From Dicyema japonicum (taxonomy: Eukaryota > Animalia > Dicyemida), in assembly GCA_011109175.1 (NCBI GenBank), contig RDEW01000074.1:101473-155190 (forward strand): DNA of 53,718 bases, written 5' to 3'. Under the pieces are notes generated by a model. The model searched no databases. It was not told where the DNA came from and saw nothing but the letters and a program-made list of their open reading frames with translations. Shown here in pieces: positions 1-12,799 of this stretch. The position numbers were made by a program, and so were the translations under genes. Within the stretch, counting starts at the first letter, position 1; each line of letters starts with the position of its first letter.

Positions 1-2710
1 ATGAAGCGTATACCTATAACATTATTATTGCAATAAGCGCCGATGAGTATAACGGTTTGAATTCGAATCTCAATATAAATGAAGGGTGACTTATGCCAAT
101 ATTATATCACAAGCTTGAATCAAAGTACGACGCCTATACAATTATATAATGAATTTAATCTACGAGATGAAGCGTATACCTATAACATTATTATTGCAAT
201 AAGTGCCGATTAGTATAACGATTTGAATTCTAATCTGTATTATAAATTAATAGTAACTATAGGCCAATATTATATAACCACCTGGAATCAAAGTACGACG
301 CCTATACAATTATATAATGAATTTAATCTACGAGATGAAGCGTAGACCTATAACATTATTATTGCAATAAGTGCCGATTAGTATAACCATTTGAATTCTA
401 ATCTGTATTATAAATTAATAGTAACTATATGCCAATATTATATCACAAGCTGGAATCAAACTACGACGCCTATACAATTATATAATGAATTTAATCTACG
501 AGATGAAGCGTATACCTATAACATTATTATTGCAATAAGCGCCGATTAGTATAACGGTTTGAATTCGAATCTCTATATAAATGAAGGGTGACTTATGCCA
601 ATATTATATCACAAGCTTGAATCAAAGTACGACGCCTATACAATTATATAATGAATTTAATCTACGAGATGAAGCGTAGACCTATAACATTATTATTGCA
701 ATAAGCGCCGATTAGTATAACCATTTGAATTCTAATCTGTATTATAAATTTATAGTAACTATAGGTCAATATTATATAACCATCGGGAATCAAACTACGA
801 CGCCTATACAATTATATTATGGTTTTAATCTGCGAGATGAAGCTTAGACCAATAACATTATTATTGCAATAAGCGCCGATTAGTATAACGGTTTGAATTC
901 GAATCTCTATATAAATGAATGGTGACTTATGCCAATATTATATCACAAGCTTGAATCAAAGTACGACGCCTATACAATTATATAATGAATTTAATCTACG
1001 AGATGAAGCGTATACCTATAACATTATTATTGCAATAAGCGCTGATTAGTATAACGGTTTGAATTCGAATCTCTATATAAATGAATGTGACTTATGCCAA
1101 TATTATATCACAAGCTTGAATCAAAGTACGACGCCTATACAATTATATAATGAATTTAATCTACGAGATGAAGCGTATACCTATAACATTATTATTGCAA
1201 TAAGCGCCGATTAGTATAACGGTTTGAATTCGAATCTCAATATAAATGAAGGGTGACTTATGCCAATATTATATCACAAGCTTGAATCAAAGTACGACGC
1301 CTATACAATTATATAATGAATTTAATCTACGAGATGAAGCGTATACCTATAACATTATTATTGCAATAAGCGCCGATTAGTATAACGGTTTGAATTCGAC
1401 TCTATATTATAAATTAATAGTAACTATATGCCAATATTATATCACAAGCTTGAATCAAAGTACGACGCCTATACAATTATATAATGAATTTAATCTACGA
1501 GATGAAGCGTATACCTATAACATTATTATTGCAATAAGCGCCGATTAGTATAACGGTTTGAATTCGAATCTCAATATAAATGAAGGGTGACTTATGCCAA
1601 TATTATATCACAAGCTTGAATCAAAGTACGACGCCTATACAATTATATAATGAATTTAATCTACGAGATGAAGCGTATACCTATAACATTATTATTGCAA
1701 TAAGCGCCGATTAGTATAACGGTTTGAATTCGAATCTCAATATAAATGAAGGGTGACTTATGCCNNNNNNNNNNNNNNNNNNNNNNNNNNNNNNNNNNNN
1801 NNNNNNNNNNNNNNNNNNNNNNNNNNNNNNNNNNNNNNNNNNNNNNNNNNNNNNNNNNNNNNNNNNNNNNNNNNNNNNNNNNNNNNNNNNNNNNNNNNNN
1901 NNNNNNNNNNNNNNNNNNNNNNNNNNNNNNNNNNNNNNNNNNNNNNNNNNNNNNNNNNNNNNNNNNNNNNNNNNNNNNNNNNNNNNNNNNNNNNNNNNNN
2001 NNNNNNNNNNNNNNNNNNNNNNNNNNNNNNNNNNNNNAATAAGTGCCGATTAGTATAACGATTTGAATTCTAATCTGTATTATAAATTAATAGTAACTAT
2101 AGGCCAATATTATATAACAATCTGGAATCAAACTACGACGCCTATACAATTATATTATGGATTTAATCTATGAGATGAAGCTTAGACCTATAACATTATT
2201 ATTATAATAAGTGCCGATTAGTATAATCATTTGAATTCTAATCTGTATTATAAATTAATAGTAACTATAGGCCAATATTATATCACAATCGGGAATCAAA
2301 CTACGACGCCTATACANTGACTTATTCCAATATTATATCACAATCGGGAATCAAACTACGACGCCTATACAATTATATTATGAATTTAATCTACGAGATG
2401 AAGCGTAGACCTATAACATTATTATTACAATAAATGTCGATTAGTATAACGATTTGAATTCTAATCTTTATATAAATTAATGGTGACTATAGGCCAATAT
2501 TATATAACCACCTGGAATCAATCCACCATGCCTATACAATTATATTGTTAATTTTATCTACAAGATGAAGCTTAGACCAATAACATTATTATTACGATTT
2601 GTGCAGATTAGTATCACGGTTTGAATTCGAATCTCTATTATAAATGAATGGTGACTATAGGCCAATATTATATAACACCTGGAATCAAACTATTACTCCT
2701 ATACTAAGAT
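1..2710. repeat. Tandem satellite array, 165-168 bp monomer, two subtypes, degenerating at its right edge
   Basis: ATGAAGCGTA recurs at 1, 167, 335, 503, 669, 837 (variant), 1003, 1168, 1334, 1502, 1668 and after the gap. Subtype A has GTTTGAATTCGAATCTC..ATAAATGAAGGGTGACTTATGCC; subtype B has ATTTGAATTCTAATCTGTATTATAAATTAATAGTAACTATAGGCC. Confidence 0.97.
1765..2037. other. Assembly gap inside the satellite (true array length unknown)
   Basis: Run of N. Confidence 1.
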
Positions 2711-2784
2711 ATTGAAGATTTTATTTTAGGTATGCTCTAAAAACCTTTATATTATTATCATTGCATTATGTGCATATTGGTATC

Positions 2785-2975
2785 ACGAAAAAGATCATTT
2801 GCTCTTTCCCACTCCACTGTATGGGTTTCCATAACTGTTTGTAATCGATGTCTTATCTTTTTTGCTGATTTCGGACTCTTTTCGTAGATGTGGAAACTGG
2901 TTACACTTAATTAGTTGTTTAGTTTTACTTCTTTCTCGGTGTATCCGGGGTTAATAAATAAATTAATTTATTTTT
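2785..2975 (+). mobile_element. 3' end of a Jockey/I-like LINE (5'-truncated)
   Basis: Homologous to 13255-13435(-). The ORF end ...TGYT* is followed by TAATTAGTTGTTTAG...CTTTCTCGGTGTA..GGGGTTAATAAA. Confidence 0.6.
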
Positions 2976-5389
2976 CATAAATAAATCTTTAACTATTGGT
3001 AGCATCAATAAAAAAAGGATTAGAATCCGTTGGGCATTCTACACTATTTTCGTGACACCAAGTATCCGAGATAAGTCATTTTCAGTAAGATAGTCAGAAA
3101 TTTCATGCAGTAAAGATATGACCTTATCATTTTGACTAATTAACCACTCAATTAGCTGATCAATGAATATAATTCATTTACTCTTATAGATTTAGTATTT
3201 TTTATATTAAAAGATAAATTTGTAAAGAAAATGTTGTCTAGAATTTTTCTTCTTAAAATATGAAAGGCCAGTGTATCAGAGATACGGAAATGATTAGGTA
3301 AATAAAGATTACAAGTTGATGTATGATTAGTCCACACAATTCTGTCTAAACAATAAGTTGGATGATTATTTTGAATAATCTGCTCTTATTTCATTAGTAG
3401 ATTATTTAATATAATCAAAATACATCATAAAACACATTAAAAAAGTCACAAATCGGTTGAGTTATTGTTGGTCACACTTTATTTGACAAAAAATCACTTG
3501 CTCGCCAAATACTTTTTTTGATGAAATTGATAATTAATTGTGAACATTGAAATATATATTTTGTGAACAAAAATACTTTAAAATTGGCAAGGAAATACTT
3601 TTCTTATAGATTTATAATTTTTATGATTGAAGAGCAGAATATTTTGTAAAAAGCAAACAGAATTTTATTTACACTCATACTCAAATCGCTAATTAAAGTT
3701 GGTAAAACCCCAATAATCATTACAGTAATGTAGTTTGAAGTAAAGCTGACAAAGTTAATATGTGATCCCATATATAATTATAATCTCTTAAAGACTACAC
3801 CTTTCATAATCTTGACATAATGCAGATAATGCCAATGACCTATAATTTTCTGAGCTCGTTCTAGACTTTGTGCGAAGGAATTTTTCTAATATTCTACACG
3901 AAATGAATAGAAGGAACAATCTACTGATTAGAGACTTATTTACGTTTTTAAAACAAAAAAGTCCCGACCAGAGCACAAAATAAATCGGAAAATATACCTA
4001 GTAGTTTGAAAAATTATAAATAAGTCACAGTAAATAAAAATCAAAATTATTTCAACTGTGCACATATTTTTAATTTTAATCAATAAAGGCTTTAATTTTC
4101 TTTAACAATCAAAAATTAAATAAAAAAGACTAAATCTCTTAACTAAGAGGTCAGGATTGCGTGAAGGTCCCTTCTATCACTTAAAAATAACTATCTCTTT
4201 TTGTGAAAATCAAAATGATAGTAGAGCAGATTTTTGAATGAAGCTGTAACGATTCCCTCGGACGACAGTTAATTTTTGAATCAGTTCTTCGTGGAAATAT
4301 CAATACTCAGATCACTGTGACCAATAATGACCAATTATACGAGAAATAATATTATTTCTCTAACAACTACGACCTATGATCTTATAGTTATTTTGATTTT
4401 TTGTGTGCATTTATGAACATTAAAGAAGTCCTGGTCGCAGAAATGCAATGCGTGAATATTCGGATTTTGCATCAATATTTGAAAAATGATGCACATTTGA
4501 TTACAAATTCAAAGAGCATATTTTGAGTGAGAAATTAATGTGGTGGAATATAAATATGGGTTCATCTCACATGACGGGGGAACTGATGTCGACATTAGAA
4601 TAATCGACGAATGACGTGCTATTGGGTATGCTGTTTGCTTGAAATTCTGAATGATGAAATTGAGGAAAGGAAAACTCAGCCAATGACTGTCCAAACTATT
4701 TTCTAATAAAAGTCTAAAGTGTGAGTTAGCGGAAATGATTAGATAAATAAAGATGTTAATAAAAGTCTAGCTCTAAGAGGATGGGAAGTAATTTTGGCAG
4801 ATTTAACAATTCATTCAAATTCCAAATAATTGCGTTAATGAATTTAGTATAAAATTCAAATATCGTCGATTTATGGTTTATGATTCCATTTTTAGTTTCA
4901 TTTTTTATATTGCTGATTGCAGTTTACTGTGGAGAAGATCAATGCAGTGATTTAGAATGTTTAAATTACGCATTAATAGTTAGGTTTCTGCTATAGGACG
5001 AAGACGGAATATACTTACAATTTACTTTCGAAATTCATTTCCTTGACAATTAATCTTGCGAGTAACTTCATGAAATGATCACAGACTTGACTGACTAACA
5101 CCTTTATTCTAACAAAAAAAAGATTTAGTCTCATTACTTTTTAAAATATGCCTTTTAATAGTTCAAAGATTTTTGTAAGCCAATTATTGGGGTACTGGTG
5201 CACTTGTGTCCCCCTTAGGCACTTATAGTACCCCAATAAAAATAATATTTTTTTGATAATACCACAACAAACATTATGAGTTAATAAATTTAACAGACTT
5301 TATCAACCTATTTTTATTTTTTTCTTAAAATATAGCCACGTGGCCAGTTGATTAAAAAATTATTTTTTAAAAAAACCCTCTGATGGCGT

Positions 5390-5570
5390 AATTGGATCCA
5401 CCTCACTAAGGAGACGCCCGATGCCTGGTCGGAATCAAAAGGATTTAACTACTCTTTCCACTGGGAGCAAATTCGTTAACTGGAGACAAGTTCTAGAATC
5501 GCTGGAACGCGTCAGTACTAATGAGTTAGTTAGTTTGGTTTAACCCTTAGTCTTTGGAATAATTTTACTT
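5390..5570 (+). mobile_element. LINE 3'-end fragment, related to 22655-22830
   Basis: Clear nucleotide similarity to 22655-22830; 3' UTR motif TTAGTTTGG...TCTTTGGAATAATTTT is shared with 33070-33110(-). Confidence 0.6.
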
Positions 5571-5759
5571 ATTTTTTTATTAGAATTTATTTCCCAAAAT
5601 GTTCATGAAAACTAAAAATGGGGAGTCATTTTTAAACTCATAAAGAAATAAGAAATCTAGATGGGATTGTAATAATTCTATTGCCACATCTTCAATTTTA
5701 CTAACAGTCTTGCTTTACTCTCCACACTCTCTATTACTATACTTTCATTACTGTCTTTA

Positions 5760-6637
5760 TTATATTATTTAAGCACTTTATGAGAGCCATACTACTTATA
5801 GCTTCGCATGTGCAGCAAAAGATACAATGTTAGATGTCATCCTTTTTCATGCTCCCTTGTTCCTAGCAAAGGCTCTTAAGGTCGTCGGCAGTTTTTAAAT
5901 TTCTTTTAATATTAACCAGGTCTTTTTGTAAAACTATTGGCAGTGTTATTCTAGGTCTTTTACGATAGCGGCTTTCTTGACTAACATACTATGTTTCCAT
6001 ATACATGTTCGGTGGGGATATTAATTCCATCCTCAGCACGTGTCCGAAGAGCTTCCATCGGGATTCCAGTACTTCTAAACTGATAGGTCTAGTGCTGCAC
6101 CTCTTATATAAAGATTTTTCGATATTCTCGTAGGCCAAGTAGTTCCTGTTATTTTTCTCAACTGACCTATGTCGAACGAGTCTAGTCTTTCCATATCCGC
6201 TGATGAGGTCGCTTAAGTTTCAGCGTTATTATAAAAGTACGGGTTTTATAAATGAGTCGTATAATAGGATTCTCATTTTCGTGTTGATACCTCTGATTGA
6301 GCCATAGGTTCTTCAGCATTGGCTAAAGTTTTCCTACGTAAAATATCTTCGCTATCTCCCATAAGTGAACCGAGTTTCTTTACTGGTTGCCACTTCTCTT
6401 CTAGAGCGTTACTCATCCTTCTTATCTCTGTGAGTTCTGTTTTCTCTCTGTTCAAAGTAAGAAACCATTTCCCTAGTACACCTGGTGCTTTTTCTAATAG
6501 GTTTTTCAGGACCTCTTTGTCTTCAGAAATCGTCCGCGTAGATCACCTCTTCCGTCTTTCCTTGGTATGACTGTCTAAGTTCCCTCATAGCGGCTTTCAA
6601 ATAAATTGCGAATAGTAGAGGAGAAAGGGAGTCTCCT
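5760..6637 (-). mobile_element. RTE-clade non-LTR retrotransposon, 3' part, decayed
   Basis: Minus-strand translation gives GDSLSPLLFAIYL, IYADDF, LNREKTE, KKLGSLMGDSEDILRRKTLA, RWKLFGHVLRM and RPRITLPIVLQKDL, with stops and frameshifts. A 3' stem-loop lies at 5783-5810. The 5' side runs into an N-gap. Confidence 0.88.
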
Positions 6638-6978
6638 NNNNNNNNNNNNNNNNNNNNNNNNNNNNNNNNNNNNNNNNNNNNNNNNNNNNNNNNNNNNNNN
6701 NNNNNNNNNNNNNNNNNNNNNNNNNNNNNNNNNNNNNNNNNNNNNNNNNNNNNNNNNNNNNNNNNNNNNNNNNNNNNNNNNNNNNNNNNNNNNNNNNNNN
6801 NNNNNNNNNNNNNNNNNNNNNNNNNNNNNNNNNNNNNNNNNNNNNNNNNNNNNNNNNNNNNNNNNNNNNNNNNNNNNNNNNNNNNNNNNNNNNNNNNNNN
6901 NNNNNNNNNNNNNNNNNNNNNNNNNNNNNNNNNNNNNNNNNNNNNNNNNNNNNNNNNNNNNNNNNNNNNNNNNNNNNN
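6638..6978. other. Assembly gap
   Basis: Run of N. Confidence 1.
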
Positions 6979-7119
6979 ATCAGTTATTTCGGGTTTTAAT
7001 TATAATATCGGGTTCATTCACTATTATCTCACATTAGGTAGACTAATTTTATTGATTAACCATTTTTTCCAGAAGGTTACAATTACCTTAAGGCTACACT
7101 GTTTTCATTTAATAAATTT

Positions 7120-7290
7120 AGTTGCCCACCGCAAGAAAGACGTGCGGGAAGCGGTCTGGCTGAGGCAAAGAATTGGTATCGCAGTTGTTCGCGAAAACGC
7201 TTACTCCGTGATGTCAGCAGCCGCTCTTCCCATAGTTAATAAATAATATTTTATTGTTAATAAATTAAAAAAAAATAAAATAAAAAAAAT
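7120..7290 (+). mobile_element. CRE-clade retrotransposon 3'-end fragment
   Basis: VREAVWLRQRIGIAVVRENAYSVMSAA matches the C-terminus of ORF 8097-10418 (RERRWLFERISLAILRGN). Close relative of 51226-51570; A-rich tail follows. Confidence 0.8.
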
Positions 7291-8096
7291 AAATTTAGCT
7301 AGTAATTTTATTTTTTAGAAAGAAAACAGTTTACAAATATTTAAAGCTGCTTTTTGTTAAAAGAGATTGCTCTAAAATTAAAAATGCATTTCCAAATACG
7401 ATTTTTGTGGAAATGCCCTTAATAGACAGACTACTTTCTCGCTTATTCATCTTTTCTTACCCAATAAACGTTCCAATACAATTTAGCGGAATTCTTTCCC
7501 AAATTGTTTCAAAGTCAGTCGCCATTATTGCAAAAAATTGTAAAAACAAAACTATTTAAATTGGAAATGTCCAAGTGAGGTATCTTCCATTTTTTGAGTC
7601 TCGACATATCTTTTTTGCTTGCTGAGGCAGGTCCATGATACTCTATTTGGACCATGAATCCGCCCGGTTTTGAGTTCACACGCAAACCATCGTTTATTGC
7701 ACTGAACTTAAAAACCTTTCCTGTATTCCTCAAGACAGATAAGTGGTGAAGACTATTCATATAGAACATCCTTCTGATCTACAGCGATAAGCTACGTGAT
7801 GAGTTAATCTGAAGATAACGCAGATACAACATTTTGTGGAGTCATCATAAAAAATGTCTATATGGAAGTGCATGAAATAGCTCTGAACAGGTTCATCTTT
7901 GTTTATCTCAGACCATTGCCAGTGAAAAGGTAACGGAAATAGATGTATGAAATTACATTCTTTTTTTTGAGGAGAGGAAAGCACTATTAAACAAGCACGG
8001 GAAGGACAAACGTCCTTCTGCATCCGTTCAACTGAGACTCGGAGTTCAACTCGGGAAACGGAGATTCTTCGCCTAAGAAAGACTGTACGATCGAAG

Positions 8097-10418
8097 TTGC
8101 TTGAAGGAGGAACCCGATCGGCATTGAAGGCCCTCTCACTCTCAGATGGACCACGCAATCCAACCATTGATACTTACAAGACGCTATTGGGGAAACATCC
8201 ACCCTCTCCGAATGACCTACGCCATTGCTCGCCCCCATCAGAAGCGACCCCTTTGACCACGTCGCCTGAGGATGTCATCACGGCGTTATGGAACTTTGCA
8301 CCAAGTAGCTGTGGAGGTCTCGATGGCTTAAGGCCCGGCCATCTTAAAGACCTTATTTCACCGACTATTGGAGACCAAGCAAGTCGTCTTTCATACTCAC
8401 TCACTTCTCTTATGAACAGGATATTATCTGGACATTTGCCTGATTTGATACGTCATATCTTGTTTTCGGCTAGTCTGATTGCCGTCGACAAGAAGGGAGG
8501 TGGAATCCGCCCGATCGCGGTCGGATTCACTTTCAGAAGACTAGCAGCCAAGATTGCTTCCAGATTTTCTACGTCAATCTTGTCAAAATCCTTACTTCCC
8601 AGTCAAGTTGGAGTCGGAGTTCGTCTTGGATGTGAGGCAGCCGTTCACTCCGTCAGAAGATTCAGGAACAGCAGCATTCAAGACTTTAAAAGGCACATTA
8701 TGGTAAAACTGGACATCAAGAACGCTTTTAACAGCTTAAGAAGAGACTGCATTCTGGAGGCCTGCAAGGAAAGATGTCCGTACATATTTGAACTGGTCAA
8801 TTATTCATACGGAAAACCTTCATCACTATTGCACGGGGATTTCATAGTTCCATCGTCCTCAGGTGTTCAACAGGGCGACCCCCTCGGACCACTGCTGTTC
8901 TCCCTCGGCATTGAGAGGATCACGAAGCTCTCTAGATGCCCACTCAACATCTGGTACCTCGATGACGCTGTCTTAGGAGGTCCCCCGGAAACGGTCTTCC
9001 AGGACTTAGAAGTACTCACCCCCGCGCTGTCCGAGGTGGGTCTTCAGTTGAATATAACGAAATGTGAAATAACAAACTGTGGTCTTGCTGACGATGACTT
9101 CTCTTCAATTGTTCAAAAATTTTACTCCTTGTTTCCCGGTGGGATTTCGACCCCTGAAAATGAATTGATTTTTCTTGGATCCCCGATCACTAGTAATGCG
9201 ATGAAGCATGTCCTCCTTGACAAAAAACGACTCCTATGCGATTCGCTGGAAAGATTACAGCTGCTGGACTTGCACACAGCACTATTCCTATTGAAAAGAA
9301 GTCTCAACATCCAGAGAATCTCCTATCTACTAAGGACAGCTCCATATTATTCTCAACTGGAGCTGCTCGAGAATTTTGATTTGTCTCTCCTCAGCTCGAC
9401 GGAGCAAATATTTAATGTCCGATTCGACGATGATACATGGATGCAGGCTACACTCCCAGTTAGATTCGGGGGTCTTGGAATCCGTCGAACTTTGGACGTC
9501 TCACTTCCCGCTCATTTATCATCACTCACGGCCTGCGAACCTTTGGTCAGGAGGATTCTACACTCCCCACCCGAATTCTCAACTGACCAAGAGATAATCC
9601 ACGCACGAGAAGCCTGGAATGCCACCAACCTCCCCCTGCCTCCTTCCCAAGATCGCCAGCGAAACCTGGACAACTTATTATGCTGGAAATCATTTGGACT
9701 ACTAGAATCTGCCAATCAGCACCGACGCGCTTGTTTGCTTTCGGGGGCTTCCCCTGAGAGCGGAGCTTGGCTAAACGCCATCCCCAATGGAGCTTTGGGC
9801 ACTTTTCTGGATGATGAATGCGTTAGAACTGGTATCTCTCTGCGGCTGGGACTAAAAGTATGTGTACCTCACCCGTGCCGATGTGGCATCCTGATAGACT
9901 GCTATGGCCTGCACCCTCTCGCCTGCAGGAGGAGCGCTGGCAGATCCCCAAGGCACAAGGCTCTGAATGAAATTGTCAGGCGAGCTATGGATGCTGCTGG
10001 ATACTCGGCCATTCTTGAACCGGTCGGGTTATGCAGAAGTGACGGGAAACGACCGGACGGGATGACCATATTTCCATTTGAGGCCGGGAAACCACTGGTT
10101 TGGGATGTGACATGTACAGACACGTTCGCCCAGAAAAATCTTCACGAGAGTGCTACAAGGGCCTGTTTAGCATCCGTAAAGACGGAGAAGGCCAAACTCG
10201 TTAAATACGTCGACCTTCCCGATGATGTCAAATTTGTTCCCCTTGCTATGGAGACTTCCGGATCCTATTCCCCCTCTACACTCGAGTTTTTCGGACGTCT
10301 TGGAAACCGGATCACCTCATACACTGGAGATCTCCGCGAACGCCGCTGGCTATTTGAGCGAATTTCGCTCGCAATTTTGAGAGGGAACAGCCACGCGGTG
10401 AGGGCGGCAACTACCTGA
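8097..10418 (+). CDS. CRE-clade non-LTR retrotransposon polyprotein: RT + CCHC knuckle + restriction-like endonuclease
   Basis: Uninterrupted 773 aa, open in frame back to about 7970. RT motifs GGIRPIAVG, KLDIKNAFNSL, GVQQGDPLGPLLF, WYLDD; knuckle CRCG..HPLAC..RH; RLE RPDG..WDVT..EKAKLVKY. No ATG start; the N-terminal region appears missing or decayed. Confidence 0.93.
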   Translation: MLEGGTRSALKALSLSDGPRNPTIDTYKTLLGKHPPSPNDLRHCSPPSEATPLTTSPEDVITALWNFAPSSCGGLDGLRPGHLKDLISPTIGDQASRLSYSLTSLMNRILSGHLPDLIRHILFSASLIAVDKKGGGIRPIAVGFTFRRLAAKIASRFSTSILSKSLLPSQVGVGVRLGCEAAVHSVRRFRNSSIQDFKRHIMVKLDIKNAFNSLRRDCILEACKERCPYIFELVNYSYGKPSSLLHGDFIVPSSSGVQQGDPLGPLLFSLGIERITKLSRCPLNIWYLDDAVLGGPPETVFQDLEVLTPALSEVGLQLNITKCEITNCGLADDDFSSIVQKFYSLFPGGISTPENELIFLGSPITSNAMKHVLLDKKRLLCDSLERLQLLDLHTALFLLKRSLNIQRISYLLRTAPYYSQLELLENFDLSLLSSTEQIFNVRFDDDTWMQATLPVRFGGLGIRRTLDVSLPAHLSSLTACEPLVRRILHSPPEFSTDQEIIHAREAWNATNLPLPPSQDRQRNLDNLLCWKSFGLLESANQHRRACLLSGASPESGAWLNAIPNGALGTFLDDECVRTGISLRLGLKVCVPHPCRCGILIDCYGLHPLACRRSAGRSPRHKALNEIVRRAMDAAGYSAILEPVGLCRSDGKRPDGMTIFPFEAGKPLVWDVTCTDTFAQKNLHESATRACLASVKTEKAKLVKYVDLPDDVKFVPLAMETSGSYSPSTLEFFGRLGNRITSYTGDLRERRWLFERISLAILRGNSHAVRAATT

Positions 10419-10779
10419 CTTCTATTGTTTAAATTATAACGCAATAAATGTAAAATAATATTTAAACTAGAAATTAAAAGAAATAATCATATTTTCATGA
10501 CCAACTTTAATTTTTCTGAGGTTTAAATATATTTTGAAAATACAAATTTTTATTTTATGTTTTGTGTTGTAAGCTGAATAATGCCTAACTATTCCATTTA
10601 AAGCCTCTTTGAATATGTTGATGTTCAATAAAGTTATATTAATCTAACATTCATGAATGAGGCTTTCTATAATTTTGCAGAATTTATAATTTTTGTTGTT
10701 GTATAGTCTTCCACAGAGAGACTTTAAGACAACATTTATAGTCAGGATCTTATCCTTGCCGCTAAGGAGATATCTCTTT

Positions 10780-11190
10780 TTAAACGTTCGGAGGTCCAGT
10801 CCCATATCAACTGAGTGTACGGCTGTCCATCTGCTAACAAAAATCTTTGGAGTACAAACCGTGTCGCAACGAACTTACAAGATCTAACCTCAATCAAGAG
10901 CGGCTTAAACTACTGAGGAAGTCCAACTCGAATATCGAACAGTGAGAGAGGCCCAGTCAGCTGAAGAAACATGGAGAAGAATGATGAGGTATTTAGTGTC
11001 TCTACTAGGAGACTGGGAAGACATTGAATGGAAGAATTCTTTAGCAATAGTGTCACTAAAGAAAATACAGTCCAGATAGGTGATTAGTCCACGTGTATTA
11101 TTCAAGAGAAAATTGCGGCTTTAGAACACGTTTGTCCCTTCCCGTGCTTGTGTACAATACTGGAACATGACGGTGTAATCAATCACATGA
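10780..11190 (+). mobile_element. RTE-like fragment, decayed
   Basis: YLVSLLGDWEDIEWKNSLA parallels GSLMGDSEDILRRKTLA of the 5760-6637 element; multiple stops. Confidence 0.6.
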
Positions 11191-12799
11191 CTGAGAAAAA
11201 ATAGACTCCCACCACTGAAATCAGCTGCTGTTGTTGATGAAAATCAGGATTCCACAAAGAATTGTAACAAAAAGGGGTACGGAAATATGTAATTCACAGT
11301 CGGTCGAACTAACGGCCAAAGGGAAGCTTACTTCCAGAGCAGTTGTGGATACCGCTGACGTCCACGCTACTCTTTCCCTATTTTAATTCACGAAGATCTT
11401 GTTACTGTAAATAAGAAAATAGAAAATGCAGATACCTAGACGTCCTCAGAAAAATCGCCTTCTGAAAAAAAGCGTGCAGGCAATCTAACATGGAAATTGT
11501 CCACGGTGTTGCAAAAGCTAAGAGCTTGATAACATTCTGTGTTTGAAAATAATAATAATAATTTTGCAAAAAAATAAGAATAATTTTGTTTTGAAAAATA
11601 ATAATAATTTTGCATGCCTCTCAAGACAGGTTCTCTCATGGACAATAACCGAACTTTCACGTTCCAGTCATTATATAAAAATTCCATGAACGACGATTTG
11701 TGACCTCAAGATAGTTTTAGTTAATGGCATGTAGAATGAGACCAATAGAGATTTTCTTTTCCCTCGTTGAGGATTGATCGCATAATTTCTCTCAAGCGTA
11801 AAACCACATGGGCGACAGTTTATCCATCACCAGTCTCCTTTCTGAGAAAGCAACGCTGAGAAATGGTCAGATTTCTTGCTTTTCTAGAAGGAACTAGGAA
11901 ACCCATTCAGAGAAAAAGTGGCTCACGCATAGGAATTCTGATCGACCATAAGAAGTACACCCCAATAGAATTCTTTCAGACACAAGTAGGAACTCGGGGG
12001 CAGTTGGATCGCTGGCGGAACATTCAAGGAGAGTTCGAGAGGTCGAAGATTTACTATAAGTACTCTATTGTACTGGACTGGGATCAGTAGATTTTTCAAA
12101 CAAAGGATTGATAAATACGTTTTGCTATTTCAGAGAACCTTTTACGAATTCGAGGATTTAGTTGATTCAATCTAGCTTTTACGTCAGAACTTGGCGGTTC
12201 CATCTATTTAAAGTGATAGTCCAACCAAAAATATATGTCCTGTACTGAAGACGAGGACAATTAATATGTAACAAGGTAGTCAAAGAAATTTATTCCCATT
12301 GGAGTTTTTCAAGATTCTCCTTCTCTTCCTCCTTACTCAGCTTAACATACTCCCCGAAATATAAACAAAAACTGCATCTTGCCGTCTTATGATGATAATA
12401 TTGTCATTGTTGCCAGGATAATGATAGTGGGCCTCCAAATAGATCTTCTCATGCGAAGATTACTTTAATGACCTTGCGAAGCGTACTTTAGGGGAGAGAA
12501 ATTACTGTCAAACAAGCGCTACAGGAATTACTACTTTTAGTGGTGGTGACACAAATGTCAAACAGTGACCTCATAGTAAATATTAAGAGGCGTCGGTCAC
12601 CTGGAGTCTGACAATCATAGTGACAGCTCTCGGGTTCAAAGGGGGTGCAATCAAATGAACAAACTCCACATCCTTTCTAGGTTGAAGATAACGATTTGTT
12701 AGTGCATCGGAAACCTGAGCGAATGGGCCGGACTACCTACTAGGTGTTCAATCGGAACAACTATGTACATTTTTTACGTATTACGAGGTCGGTCACCAA

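Noticed and set aside
1746-2058. Poly-X ORFs in the track (also 6606-7037 and 47995-48228)
   Set aside because: Artefacts of translating N-gaps.
1-2710. CRISPR-like array
   Set aside because: Whole monomers repeat, with no unique spacers and no cas genes; eukaryotic satellite.
3000-5100. Possible decayed or tiny-intron host gene
   Set aside because: Short coding-like stretches, but no recognisable family and no consistent GT-AG chain could be reconstructed.
6319-6570. Antisense ORFs over retroelements (e.g. 6319-6570, 8174-8404, 9902-10123, 41738-42058, 52750-52944)
   Set aside because: Shadow frames of RT/RLE coding sequence on the opposite strand.
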